Assembly (NCBI RefSeq): GCF_964355755.1
Contig: NC_092675.1
Coordinates: 25,950,912-26,014,911, forward strand
Origin: Antedon mediterranea
Taxonomy: Eukaryota > Animalia > Echinodermata
DNA: 64,000 bases
Direction of reading: 5' to 3'
This document shows, in pieces, positions 24,055 to 39,000 of this stretch (positions are counted from its first letter, which is position 1; each line of letters opens with the position of its first letter). The translations under genes were made by a program, and so were the position numbers. The notes beneath the pieces are model-generated. The model saw nothing but the letters and a program-made list of their open reading frames with translations. It was not told the origin of the DNA and did not search any database.

Positions 24055-27000
24055 TTACTCTGTAACATCCCCTTGATCCTTCAGTTCTTGTTCAGCCTCT
24101 GCTTCTGTTGCCATTTCCTCCACCTCCTCTTCAGGTATGGCAGGCAAGCTAGAGATGGCCTTCCTGACATCTGCAGCATGGTCTCTCAATGGTCTGTCTG
24201 GATCAGCTCCCATCTTATTCAGAGCATCCAACAATTGACCACGTAAATTATTAGTTAAAAGAACAGTCACATCAGCACCTGGAAGTGACAGAATGAACAG
24301 ATAATTAATGTATACAAATAATTAATGTTTATGAGAAATGTGAAACCAGTTTCATCTGGTTTCAATGTAGTAATAAAAAGATATAGTTAATGAATTACAA
24401 ACTAGTGTAAAACCTATGTATATGAGTTGAAGGAGAAGAATATTTCTATGAGAAGAATAAATCAATTCTATTTAAGAAGGCGGAGACGAGTTGAATAGGA
24501 CAGTCAGAATTAAAAACGAAAATATATCAATGGTATGAAAAAGTCAGCATTAAAGTGTTAAAATACTCACTTGATAATCTAGCAACCATATCATCTATAA
24601 TTTTTACTGCTGATCTTCTAATAGCTACATACTTAATAATAGCTGAAATAAACAAATTGAGAATATATCACATATTTTGGTGTATAAGCTATATTAAAAA
24701 TAAAGTCTGAACTTCTTTATATACAGGTATAATAATAGGTATAGGTATATAATGCTATATTAAAAATGATTAAGCCTGGCATTGTACATAACCTAAAATA
24801 TACAGGAAATAATGCATTATTTTTGGTACCATCCAAACTTACCAAGTCTGCTACATAAAACTGGAACTATTTTGATCAAAATTGAACTAAGAACGACTTC
24901 ATCTTCAGAACTGAGATTACCTTGTAAATATACCAAACTGAATTGAAAAAAAAAAAATTTTAATTAAAAAATCTTTGTTTAGTCACCCCTACTTACAATC
25001 AAACGTATATTTCCAATTGATATATAACTTACCGTTGTAGGAATTGTGACATTGCCTTTAATATATGCACTTGTATCTTGAAGGTACTGATTTCTACACC
25101 AGCACACATTAAACCACAAAACCGTTCATGTTGAATTTCTAATATAGTAAATATAAAACAAAATGTTAGGTAATAAAGATATTAGAAAAATAATTAAACA
25201 ATAATTTAAATGAATTTCCTTCATAAATTTCTCAAATAAAATGTATGTAGATAATTAAGATTACGAATAATGGAATGTACCAATATTTAGTCAACCAGAT
25301 ACTATTGGGTATAGGACTAAACAGTTTTCAGGAAATCTCCATTTCAGAATGAAACTATATACAAGATTTTAGAAAATTAAAACTAGTTTTGTGAATGTTT
25401 GAGTTGAAATTTGAGTTGATAGAAAACTTTGAGTGTGGTTCATATTGAGATCAATAAGCTTACCTTTAATTTTGGTATATTACAGTATAACCACTAAAGT
25501 GTTCCTTGAATTGGGGTTCTTTGGTGTTTCATGTGAAATTGAATGAATAGGGGTTTCCTAAAGAAGAGGTATTATTTTTAACAATTGTATAGCATCATAC
25601 AGTACCTTGAGTGTGCCTTGTTTTGGGCCATGCTTTACCTAGACTTTCATAGGCAAACTCCTCAAGTATCAACTGCTCTTCTTGTGCTTCTCTGTCTTCT
25701 TCTTCCTCTTCTTCTTCATCATCATCTTCCTTTTTTGTCTGTCATTATTTTATTGTTGAAAACACAAATGTTAAACTTTTTGTATAAAAGGTGACTATAA
25801 TAGCATAACAAATTTTCATATATTTATTACAAGTACAAAAAATAAATAATAAATTGTGTAGCAAATAAAACACAATTGTCTTTACTGATGAGTTTATGGC
25901 CACTGGAAAAACAACATCGACTAGAGCCTTTATATATATATAAAACTCCACTCCCAAAGACTTTGTTTATGTAGAGCATCTTGTGTTTATGTTTTTCTTG
26001 TGAATGGGAGTGCCATATAAAGGATAGTGAATGAATTTACTTATGGTTATCCTTGGCAATTTGCCTAAATATAAATAAAAGGATTGGTAAAATCATTCTG
26101 GCAGTAGAGACTAGTAAATATCAACTTCAATATGGTTGTTTATTAAACAAAACAGACATACAATAATAATCATCAATAGTTTTCATTCACAAATGAAACA
26201 TTGCTGGTTTATACAGGACATACATACATACATACAGTATATAATTGAATAAGTAAATAGACACTATCCTACCTTATCTATAACAGGGTAGAGTATCTCT
26301 GCCAAGTCTGCAAACCTATCGATATCATGCGTTAGTAATATAGTGGACATACACTGTAAGGCCTCCACCTTGTAGCTAACTTTCTCTTTTTTACATTCCT
26401 TCAACAATGCTGCTAAGATATCTTCCATGGTTGGCTGATCTGATGATGTATCACCCTCAACTACCAATGAACCTCTAAACAAATATAATACACATTATTG
26501 TGACAACTGAAATCTATCTGAAAAACCACAGTAGTAAAATATACACAGTATATAAAAAGATAAACTAACGTTCCAGTTTAGTACTGTACTCAAATTAAAT
26601 TCAATTATATTGTAGAAGACACTAATGATGTTCACTTACTTTGATTTTGTACATAAGGATGTTAAAGCCTTCAATAACTCTTCCTGTGGATGACATTGTT
26701 AAACATAGCAATCGTAAATTATCAATTGATAAATACCAACTTTAATACAATGTATATCTAATAGTAATATTGCATTTGAAATGACATTTTGAACGTCAAT
26801 TAACTATTGAAAATCTAAACAGATTTTAATAATAGTTCGTTCTTATATAACACAAAGCAAGCTCTCAACGCGTTGCACATTTTAACCTATTTTAATCTAT
26901 ACATTTACAAACATATTACATATTATTCTTATATTATATTATTATTTTGTAAGCTTTGAAATAATAAAGATATCTGCAAATCTAAATTATTTCTGCCTAC

Positions 27001-30000
27001 CTTCCCATCCCATGTTCTACCAGCTAAGCCCTTCACAACCAACTTCAGTAGCTGGCCAAGATGTGGTTGAGTTAGGCTTGACCCTAGCTTACTAGCTATT
27101 GTACTTATTGCTCTTGCGCCCTGTGCTTTCCTGGGCCAGGATTGTGAAGCGAGTGCATCTTGGGTAATTGTGACAAGTTCTGGTAGATAAAGGCGAATGC
27201 CTCCCTCGGTGCCTGGTGTTGAATCAAGCCAAATGTCTTCCCATATAGACTCCACATGATCAGAATTTGCTGTTTGTTTGGAAAAATAAAATGTCATAAA
27301 AAACAACAGTATAATCATGTAGAATAAAATAATAGTACAGTATTGGGTTTTATTTATATTATTTTATTTATGAATACTTTTAAAGAATAACAGGTAACAC
27401 TCTAAAGCTCCGTCTACACTAACTTTATGTGACAACAAATACAATGTGCCCATATGGACATGATGATGTCATATCACCATATTTGGGCCTATTGCTACTA
27501 TATTTTGGCACATCACACTTTGATAGTGTAGACAGAGCTTAATAGTGTAGACAGAGGTTTAGAGTTTGAAATGGAAATACATTCATAACAAAAAATTAAA
27601 AGATTAAAGAAAACATATCAAACCTTTTTGTGGTTTTTCATGCATAGCTAAAAAGGTCAAAGGTAAAGCTACTGATGCATGATTCTTCAAAACATCTGAA
27701 TTGCTCCGTGAAATTGCATGAAGTGTCAAACCACAAGCATCTCTCAGTGAATCATCTATGTAACAAATTTGAAAAAAATGTTATCATAATTATTATTAAC
27801 AGTACATATTTATAGATACATATACACAGCAACAAATATTTGAAAAAAACCATACCATCTTTTTCCAGATACCAGGATTTAATACGGTTAAGAAGTTTTT
27901 CAACACTACTATCCTTTGCTACCTGAAAAAATAAATATTAAAGTTATTTCCGCAGAATGCATTATAAGATCCACTCATTTCTAAAACAATATTTTATGCT
28001 TCAAAGACTTTTTCTTTATATATATAAAACAAAGCAATACCTTAACTAGATGTCCAATTGCGGATGAATTACTCTTCCTGACAGCTGCGCTACGGTCACT
28101 GAAACCAGCTAGGAGACTGCTTAGAATCTTGCCTATATCAACAAACAAAAATGCATATTATGAACAGTTTTGAACCTTTGGTTTAAACTAATGATTATGG
28201 ATGACCATAACTCAAAGCTAAGAAATGGTCAATAATCTGTGTAGGTGCCGTATGTAATGGCAATGACAGTTTTCTGTTTCTTGTTCTCTTCAGCAGCTCC
28301 TGCACTTCCTGATGTTGTACTCCTTTTGTAAAGCCACTCTGTCAGGCTGGACATCCACAGTACACTTTTACTACCTCTTCCAATTGATGTTTCCAGTCAA
28401 AGGCCAAGTTCTTGATGCTGTCTTTTCTGATAATGTACTGTACAAGGGCAATGATGATATTAATGAAATAAGTCTTACTTGCATATTCTTCAAGATCTCT
28501 CGGACAATGGCTGCTAAGCATCACCATAAAATTAGCTGCCCCTACCTAGAAAGAATTCAAAATTAAGTAGAGGGAGGAAACAGACTTTCTTTACTGTACA
28601 GTAAGTCATAGTCAACACGGAGGAGCATCAGTATTAAGCATTTTCATAAAGCTTGACTGTCTACACTATCAAACTTTTATGACAACCAAATGTAATGTGC
28701 CCATATATGGACAACTTGACGTCACATCACTACCATATTTGGGCACATCACACTTCTTGTCAAACTAGTTTGATAGCGTAGCTTAAGAATGTGAAATTTG
28801 ATCATATTCATTTCAGTTTTAAACACTATTTATCACGTTGAAACCACTTACTTTTGTATTCACTCCTACTCCATACTTGATGACGTCAATAAGTCTAGGA
28901 ACAAGCTCTTTTAACACTTCACTATCGACATATTTTGTGCACTATAATAAACAGAATACAGAGTTTTTAGTAACTACATAGTTGCAAAAACAAGCAAAAT
29001 AATGTGAGGTACACATCATACTCTATATTTTTGCTGCATAAATATACGGTATACAAACATATTTAACTCACCAATGTTATGGTTTCCATCATTGATGAAG
29101 ATTTTGCAGCTGCTACTCGGATATCATCAAGCTTTTACAAAGAAAAAGTGTAAAATAGATGACATATTATTGTACATTAAAACATATAAACACCTAATAT
29201 ATAAATACCTAATGTACAGTTTTGTCACCTTGACTCTTTTTCCACTTATCATTATTAACACTTAAGCTCTCTCTACAGGAAACTTTATGTGACAACAGTG
29301 TGATATGGACATGATGATGTCATATCACTACCATACTTGCGCACATCACACAAATCAGTTCATACTTCAATATCAATATTTCTAGTTATTTAATTAGTAT
29401 TTCCTTTCTCTACTAACATAATATACATAATAGTCATCATCATATACTATAAATTACCTTTTCAACAACTCCTTGGTTTGCACTGACTCGTGATGATAAA
29501 TAATTCAAACGGTTATCTTCAAGTCCACTTAAAGATTCAAGCAATGCAATGACCAGTAGTGGGATGTGTGGTGTTAGCATTTTACCAGCATTCTTAGCAA
29601 TCTTTACAATCGTATCCAGGCTAATACATGAAAACATGAATTTATATAATTATAAAAAAAACAAGGCCAACAGCCATTAAGTCGCGTGCTACAATGCATA
29701 GTGATACCGGACCGACAGACAAACAGACCGACAGACCGACAGACAGACGGACCGACCGACATAGTGAACTATACTGACCGAAATTACTGAACATGTTTAA
29801 AAATGTTGAAATGTTTAAAAACATTTATATTTTTTTAATTTACACGTGCGTAGCCTGTCACTTTTGACGTGCTCGTATAACGTAATTTCGAGTTGAAAAG
29901 TAAGTCAAGAAAACAGAAATCGGGCAAGAAGAGTGCGCAATAACATTTAACGCGCAGTGCGCGCGCAAAAATCTGCGCACTCATGGCAATTTTGTAAACG

Positions 30001-33000
30001 CTTAAAATTGCCTGAAACGTACTCTTATTTCATCGAAAATAAATTTTGAAAATTTTAAGCGCGCTTACGCATGCGTTACATGCGCTACGCACGTAATTGT
30101 ATTGCCATATGATGATTTATGCCCTGAAATTTATGAGTACCAAATTTTATTTAATTGTGATTCATGGTTGTGAAGATATGATTACAAACGTGATTTCGTT
30201 AAATCGTGCGTAGACCGCGTAATTTTTTATTGCGCACCGTGAAAACATAACCACATCGATTCCTGGCCATAAGGAATATTCTGTGAAAAATTGACTTAGC
30301 TAGATTAAAATCATAAAGCGATAAAACGCATAGTGATACCGGACCGACAGACAGACAGACCGACAGACAGACCGACAGACAGACCGACAGACAGACCGAC
30401 AGACAGACAGACAGACAGACAGACCGACCGACCGACATAGTGAACTATAGAGTCGCTTCCACGCGACTAAAAACTATGTTACAACTAAATAACAATAAGT
30501 AGTCAAATACACTAAGTTTAACATGAACATTTAATGCACTACAGACGGTTTTATGAGAAGTACCTTAATCTTCAGGAGCTTGGCTATTGATTGTTTATAT
30601 AATATTTTAGAGTGTATACTGTAGAGGTACTGTAATCTTTGTCTGTTCATATGTATTTAAGAGTCAGAGTTTAAACTGGCAAATTAAAAAAATTGAAATA
30701 AATAAATTAAGGACACCAAACCATGGTCGAAAAACTAATATCGACAACAAACTAACTTACCAAATCTGTTTAGCCTTATCAATTCCACTTGAAAGACCCT
30801 TGAGTAAGCACGGTAAAACAGATGCAATGGCTTCCACTCCAAGCTTACCTCTATCAACATCACATAGTTTGATTGACACCTGTCATAAGTAATAGTATAA
30901 AATCAAAAAAAAAAAATACATTTTACTACAGTGTAAAATATATATCAAATGTTCCTTCTAATAATAAATGATTATCTAACTTTATTGTGGAAAACTCAAT
31001 GATATTATTTTTATTTATTTAAAATCATTTTTCGGAAAAAAAAAATGCAATGTTTTATTGTACCTTACTAAGTTGTCTACAAGCACCCTCAGCAGCCTCT
31101 CTCACCGTTGCCTAAAAGAAAACAGTATCATCACAAGTTTGGTGAATTCCAGGCCAATGATCTAGATTTCTAGAAGTTGTGGTCGTGGTTCAACCAGAGA
31201 AGTACTTTTTTTGCAAGTATTCTCAAATGTTATTATATACTCCTTAAATTAAAAAGTATGCTGAACCTGTTGGGTTTTTGTGTTTACAAATCATATACAT
31301 ACCATACTATAAGCATAATTAAAAAGGAAATTATAATTTTTTTAGAGAATTTTCCAAAGATTACAGAAATAATAAAGTGAAAATCATGTACCTTAATATC
31401 ATCAATGACTCTTAAACATGTACTCCATAATTCTGGAAGTTCACCAACCAAACTATCCAAATCTCGATTCCTCAAAAGATCCACCATTGCTCTGCAGCTA
31501 GATTCACGATTCCTCCACTGAGGGTTAGTCAAGTTTGCCTGAACATCCTTCAGTATCTCCAGTAAATACTGGTCTGTCACCTTCTTCTCGTCGGTTACAA
31601 GAGCAGACCAGATACTGGTCATAGCTTGCTGGATCTGTCTGTTAGGGTCGTACTGGTATCGGTACAGCCTGGGCACTATCTTTGGTAAATGCACCGCTAG
31701 TTGCTCACTGGCTTGCTTGGCAATTGTTCCAAATCCAAATGCAGCCCCCTAGATAGTAATACGATCGAATATCAATTATAAATCGACAATAGTTACCATT
31801 GTAAATGAACACTATTAATTATTTGAAAGAAATTAAAAGTATAGACACTTCTCAGTTTATTAATTACTGTATATCTACATGAAGCAATTTCAGAATTGCA
31901 ATTTTAACAATTTTATGCTTAATGGGGGAGATACGAGGTAAAATAATGCTAAATATATTTAAAATACCTTTCTAGAATTCCACATGGCATTGTGACTGGC
32001 CAGATGCATAAATTTGTACACCAAATCCGGTTGGTTGAGATCACTAGCCAATGAACAAAGCTCTTTATAGGTTGAAAGGCCACCTCTGAAATACATAATG
32101 AAACATTTGAGTTGGTCAAGCTATTTATTTATTATTTATTTTTTATTTATTAAATTTTCTGCCATTTACAATACAAAGAAGACAACAAAAATATAAAAGG
32201 CAAGGAAAGACCACCTATGCTAGTTGGTGGCAGCACAATATTTGTTAGGCTTAAGTATAAGTGAATGTTAACCTACCCTGTGGGGTTTTTACCAAGAGTT
32301 CCCTCATCGAACAGCTTGGTATCATCTGTCACGGTCTGCTTAGCTCTGGAATAAATTTAAAAAAATGCAAATTCAAGTTGTAACCGAGTGAATTTGCACT
32401 GGATATTGAATTTAACTAGTTTTGGTGTAAAGAAATAAACAGGTAATGTGATTTACACCTTTTCAAGGCTAAATCCAAAAATAACATTTTTTCTCCATTT
32501 TACCTTTTACCAGTCATAAGTCGATCCACTAATGCAGTAACCAATTCTTTGCGGCCCTCTTCACTGCTCTGCTCATAAACAAGACTTAGGCCTTTGGAAG
32601 CCACATCCTGTGTAAACTCTGTAAAAAGATATCCATCATTACTGTTAGTTTATACCACATTCAATATTTTGTTAACAGTGGCTGCTGTAAATGATAACTT
32701 ATTTTGTATATTTGTCATCTGTCTTCACTGCCATTATCTTTCTGATTATTGTTTCCCTTAATTAATAATTAATTTGTTTATCACTACATTTAACACAAAC
32801 AATCATAATTTATGAACATATTACCATCACCCTATTCTTATCATCAACATAATTTTCAACATTGTTATCATATTTGTTACCTTAATGTAATCCTTGTAAA
32901 ATACTCACCACTGTTTTCGCTCAGCAAGTCCATAAAGGCCTGTTGTAGTTCCTTAAATCTGCACTTTAATGCAGGATGGGCACCACACCTCTTTACCATT

Positions 33001-36000
33001 GACAACAGCCAAATACAAGCAGCCTATTAAATACACAAGAAACAGACGTCATTAATACTTGAAGAGAGATTAACAGTGGTGTAACTGCCCTAAAAATAAT
33101 GCGAGTGATATTCGTTATTCAAGTCCAACACCCAAGGTGCTCCTTTATTCCTGTTTCTTGAATGTGAACCAGATTACTAAAACAAAACATAACAATGACC
33201 TATAAATGCATGTCTAGCAATATATGTGGCTCCTTAAGCGTCAAACTGAAAAGTTTTGTATTTAAGTTAAAACAAACAATATAAAAGACGATCCCTTAAA
33301 CTAATTAAAAATGCAAAACCGTGTCGTCATAGCAACGGATAACAAAATCCTTGCGGTAAACTCCTCCTCCTACAACGACGCGACATGCCATTGACATTGT
33401 ACAGCTATACGTAAATCAATTAAAATGATCACATGAGCTATAAAGTTTTGCGAAGATTATCATAACTATAGTATCCAGGTGCTTAATGCAATGCAGTAAC
33501 TTTAACAATGAATTATTAATACTAATACTTAGTAAATAATTAAATTAAGGTACAACAGGTCAAAGCCATATCTCATCAATATATATAGGCCTAGGCCTAG
33601 CTAGGTAACATAACCGAAATTAATGGCGTCTCAATAGAACTTGGCCTAATAACATTAAATCTGTATGAGTTATTGATCAATAAATGTAGCGGAATGCAGC
33701 TTACCGAAAATAGCAAAGTCACCCGCTATCTGCAGTACATAAACAATTCAGGTAAATATCAAAAATTAAACAATATATGTCAATATCCTATAATTAAAGT
33801 CACTAGCTGTGATCATACATCCTCTCCTCCCTAATGCAAGATACCTCCTCACATGGTCCTAAAATGACGTCATTTTCTTAATAATGCGCCCTCTCTAAAT
33901 ATAAACTAGTTTGGGACCAAACAAGTGGTTTTTCAAAAAAGGTAAAAACTTTGTGGAATTTCCAAATCAACTGCACCGACTATCTTTTATCTACCTGTTT
34001 CTTATGTGGATTCTCGCATGTGACATATTCTTTCAAGATTTTTACTAAGGTCCACTCCACTTCATCTTTTGCTGCTTCTTCCACAGTAAGGTCAAGGGTC
34101 AGTTCTTCCTGTCTCCAGACATCTCTCCTGGCAGGACAATGGACTGCTAATGCTGCCTGGCTAATAGCTTCTCCGACAGTAAACTGTAGTTCTATCTGCT
34201 TGGTCTAGGAAAACAAATTCGAAGAGTACAGTAATTCAGTGTTTTTAATCATGGTAACATTTGCAGGACACTGTCTTCGCAATAAAAGAAGAAATCATTT
34301 CAGATGTTCTGCTGTGGTAGTCAAAACATGGGCTTGAAAAACAAGGAAGACCAGCACCGCATACATTGATGTACTAGAGATGGATACTGGTATGCAGAGA
34401 AATTAACTGGCTGTCACAATGGCTTATAGGAAGTTATAGAGGAATCTAGTCATAGTTAGAGTAGCAGGGCTCTTAATATCAAATAAGAAACTTTCTTAAA
34501 ACCAGAAGTTTATTAGTATACGTAAATTATTTTCCAAAGCTTACATTTGCAGTTTTCATCAGTAACATCAAAGCCTCTTGTGTATGAGGAAAATCAGGAT
34601 CTCCGATTGGTATAAAGCCAAGGTTCTTGCAAGCTCTCTCCTTTAACTACAAGACAAAAATTGTTACATTAATTTAGTATTAGTTAAATACATTTTGAAC
34701 AATTGTATCCAAATATTACACCACTGGTGCAATATCATTAAATTAATTGCATTTTTATTAAAATATTACTTTTAAGTAAGACAAAATTAATTATCAGCAG
34801 TCACATTACATAATGATTAAGCTTTAGTCATTAGGATGCAACAGAACAATGCAAACATTATAATCATCTAAACTGTCATTTGTGATTGGTCAATACTTCG
34901 CATGAAGTGGGGTTCTAGATGTAATATTTTATTACCTACCATACATTAGCATACTAATTAAAGTGTTGTGTTAATAAATTTACATTGGGGCAGATTTAAC
35001 ATTTTTTTTATCTATGCAGCTACTGTATTTTATTTATACTAATTAAAGTACCTTATGTGGGATTTTGATGGAGTAAAGTTTAGAACTAAGTTTCTTGACA
35101 ATAGAAAACAGATTTATTTCATCATCTTCATTCCCCTCTACTTTCATATCTTCTACTGCCTCATCTGTATCAATGATTTTATCTTTGTTGATATCATCTT
35201 TCTTGCTATTACTCTTTTTGGCTAATTGAGTTTTGCTTGCTCTTGGAACTGGGAGCGTTCCGTTGCGGCCAATTTCACCAATGGCTGTACAGGCACCTAG
35301 ACATAATATTTCTTGGTCTTTATCTAAAGTTTTTGCTGCAAAATGAAATAAATAGATTGAATGATTATTGCTTCTACAAGTATATGAAAACAATGGGACT
35401 GACACACCCAATGGTTACTATGTCTCAACAGTTCCCTTAATGGCCACATAATCATTTTTATTTGTCATTGATGATTGGCTGTACTTATAAATCATCACAA
35501 TTTTATTATTATTTATTACCATTACTGTAAATAGTCACTGTATATATTTTATAATCAATATTATTTTGTACAAATCAATGTACCAACACGTTATTTATGG
35601 TTATCATTAATATGAAAATATATTACGATTGATTGAATAAAGTCCACAAGAAACTTTAATTTTATATGCTCCTTATATTTCATTTTTCAAAGGTGGGACC
35701 TCTGTCATATATTAAAAAAAACTTCAATTTAAAGAAGTCAAACCTATAAAGACTACAGCTTGTTGTATAACTTCAGCTAGACTCTGTGAAGTAGCAGGCT
35801 CATCATCAACTTCCATATTTTCCACAACGATATCTTGCTTTCTGTCTAGTAGATATCGCCTACCAATGGTGTAGCCTAAGCCTAAAATGGCTCCATGCTG
35901 TACTTCAAGACTCTAAATTTAACGAAAATGATATTGCAAACACTATATAAATGTTACATTATACAGAGATAAATAGATACTATAACGGTATAGCCATTGT

Positions 36001-39000
36001 GAAATGCATTGAGCAATTTTTTTTGTACATACTGTATATAAAAACTAGTGGAGAAAAAAAAATGTGATGCGCCCAAATATGGTAGTGGATGCTTAAGTAT
36101 GGTAATGATATGACATCATCATGTCCATATATAGGCACATCACATTTTGTTGTCACAAAAAGTTTGATAGTGTAGACAGAGCTTTAGACCTGCATTTCTA
36201 TAGAAATAAAAATTTGATTTGTTAGGGATCTTTTGTTTATATTATTTGTATGGATGATAATAGGACTGAAATAAACAAATGTAATTGATTAATGCTTTGT
36301 ACATAGCTATGTTTTTCTGTGGGTTATAAATTCCAGAATGAAGTGTTTGCATTATTAAGTGAATTACTATTAAAAATTTACCTTTGTTTTTGCCAGACTG
36401 AGCATATCAGTAATGATGGCAGTTAGTTGTCTCTCATCAGATGCATTAGCCACGATTGACATCAACTGAGCTGAAAGATCACGAATGGCCTCGCGTCCAG
36501 ATTTCATAAGGTTCTGAATCACGAAAAAGATATCATGAATTTAATATTTACATTCAGGAAATAAAAACTGGTCGTAAGGGTCACAATACAGTAGTCTTTA
36601 TTTATTTATTTATTTACTTAACTTTTTTCAAAGGGTAGTTCTAAAATATAAGTAAAGTACCTGAAATGGGGGTTGTTTTTGCAATATATGGATACAGAAA
36701 AATAAAGATAATTTTTTAATTTTTATTTTATTTTTTCACTATTTTTTTTTTTTTTTTTAGAATGCTGAAAATATTGTTTTCGTTTACAACATAAGAAAAA
36801 TGGTTTTCAATACTTGGAACGCACAATATAAAAATTAATTGAAAATTAATTAATTAAAAATGAAAAATTAAATAAAAAAATGCAATAAAAATGAATAAAA
36901 AGGTAAAAACCGCTAATACCTTGATCCAGTCAAGCTTCTTTAAAAACATATCAGCAAACAGATCTGTAGCAATTGAAACGATCTCTACAAGACAGTACAT
37001 TGCTTGAGGTTCCGCAGACACCTTTAAAAGCTCCATGATGAGGTCGACATAATTAATTAAGGTCCCTCGTCCAGGCCCTTTGAGCATCTCCTGAACATGG
37101 CAGTACAGACCAGGGGCTTGATCTTGCATTTCCAGAGCATCCATTACAGGGGTCACACCTGTCTCATAAACTAGCGTTGACCTCAGGTAAAAGATGATCT
37201 CGTTAAAGACAATTGGTGTAAATGGAATAACCATTGTTCCAATGGTGACTCTAGACTTTCCTTTAAGTCGTAATTTAGCCTGTGAAATAATGTATAAGAT
37301 TTTATACAACTACCTACATTGATAATTCAATATTAAAAAAAGAAAGACAATCTGTTACATTTATTGATTCTACAAGATGATTAACCAATCATTTTTTAAA
37401 GTAAATGAAACCAAAAAGAACTCTTAAACGTGTTTAAAACATTGACATATTTTATTCCATTATAACAACTCAATTCGGTTATTAATTTTTGTCAGTATAC
37501 AATACAAGAACAGATTTCACAGGGCAAATGTGGAGATATTCTAGTCAACATAGGAAAGTGCTGGTTTTTGTGAGAAATATGCCTGAAACTTATGTTATTA
37601 TCTTATTTTAAGACACATTGCCAAAGATTATCGTGAGTGAATTTGTTCACGGTCCTAATACACAGGAGATAATCTCTTCACAAGACAAACACACAAAATG
37701 CTCTACAATTGTTGTTTTGTCATAAGAACAAATCCTGACATCCAACAGGGAGTGGCAGTCGAACATGTTAATCATTAATCCACCCCGATAAGATTTGTAG
37801 GCAAGTATCTCACCACCAGGCCCATGCATTCACTTACTTGTTGGTATGTATAATGAGCCATCTCCTGAAAACTAGGCATTAAATCAGAACCTTTTGGTGA
37901 GTCACTCGGTAAGGACAAATCATGTTTAATCCCAACATGCACTGCTTTCAAACACATCTGACGAATATCTTCTTTGCTGAAATAGATTATCAACATAATA
38001 AATAACTATAAAATATATATTTTGATATCTCATTTATGCATGCTATAAGTATAGAGTTATATAAACTAGACCTGAACATGTTTTAATTGAATCTTGACTC
38101 CTGGACTCACCTATCAGCGGTGTTGAGAAGTAGTACATATCTAGATGGGATATGATTAGAGGGAAACACTTGAGCTGCATACTGGGCAGCAGCTAGTCTG
38201 GCTTGTGGCTCAGCCTGAAAATACAAAATGATGGTTATCCTTGCATTTTGATATTCTTTAGTGCTGCCCATTTGAAATTAAAAATGGAACTCGATAAATC
38301 AGAGAAATAAATACATTGTTTGGACACTTAGCACTTAACATAGTTTTAAATCATTTGTCAGATTTGCTTCAGTATGGGAAAAACGATACAAGAAGTGCAA
38401 TGGTGGAAAAAAAACCAGAAATAGAACATATACTTGCCATTTATGTACCGCTAAGAAGGAATGCAGAGAGCAGACTAGGCCTAGGCCTCACAGTACAGTA
38501 GGTGGGTTTAATGTATATAACATATAATTCATTCATGTTTTGTATTTGTTGAATGGAGACAATATTTCATGAGTTGAAATACTGCTCTATTTATCTTGGC
38601 TTCACCTCGTTGAATAGAGCAGTCAATTTTTCAACTCATAAAAAAATCTCACCTCAACTAATAAACATATATATATTAAAAGTAAAAGGCCACTTTGACA
38701 CTTATGTTTAAAAAATCAGAACCTTTCAAACACAATAATACAATGGAGATAATCAAAACCAGACAAAAAAATTTAATCGAAAAAGAATTTAAAAAATATG
38801 TATCTGAAATAATATCTTCTTAATAAACTCATTTAATCACATTAGTAGAAATCTCATTCATTCTCAAATTCAATACAAATATTCTTTACCTTTTCTGCAT
38901 TAGTCATAATAATCGCTTCCATCGCCATGAGATTAGCTTTTGCCATGTTTTTAAAAGAATCGGCCATCATGGACAAAGACTCTTGGATATGCATACGCAT

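Noticed and set aside
29642-30438. ORFs with SVCL repeats
   Set aside because: They are translations of the GTCT/GTCG microsatellite in the transposon.
33075-33980. CpG-richer intronic insert, possibly a Kolobok-like element
   Set aside because: The terminal similarity (GGTGTAACTG / CAACTGCACC) is too weak and there is no clear TSD, so I cannot classify it.
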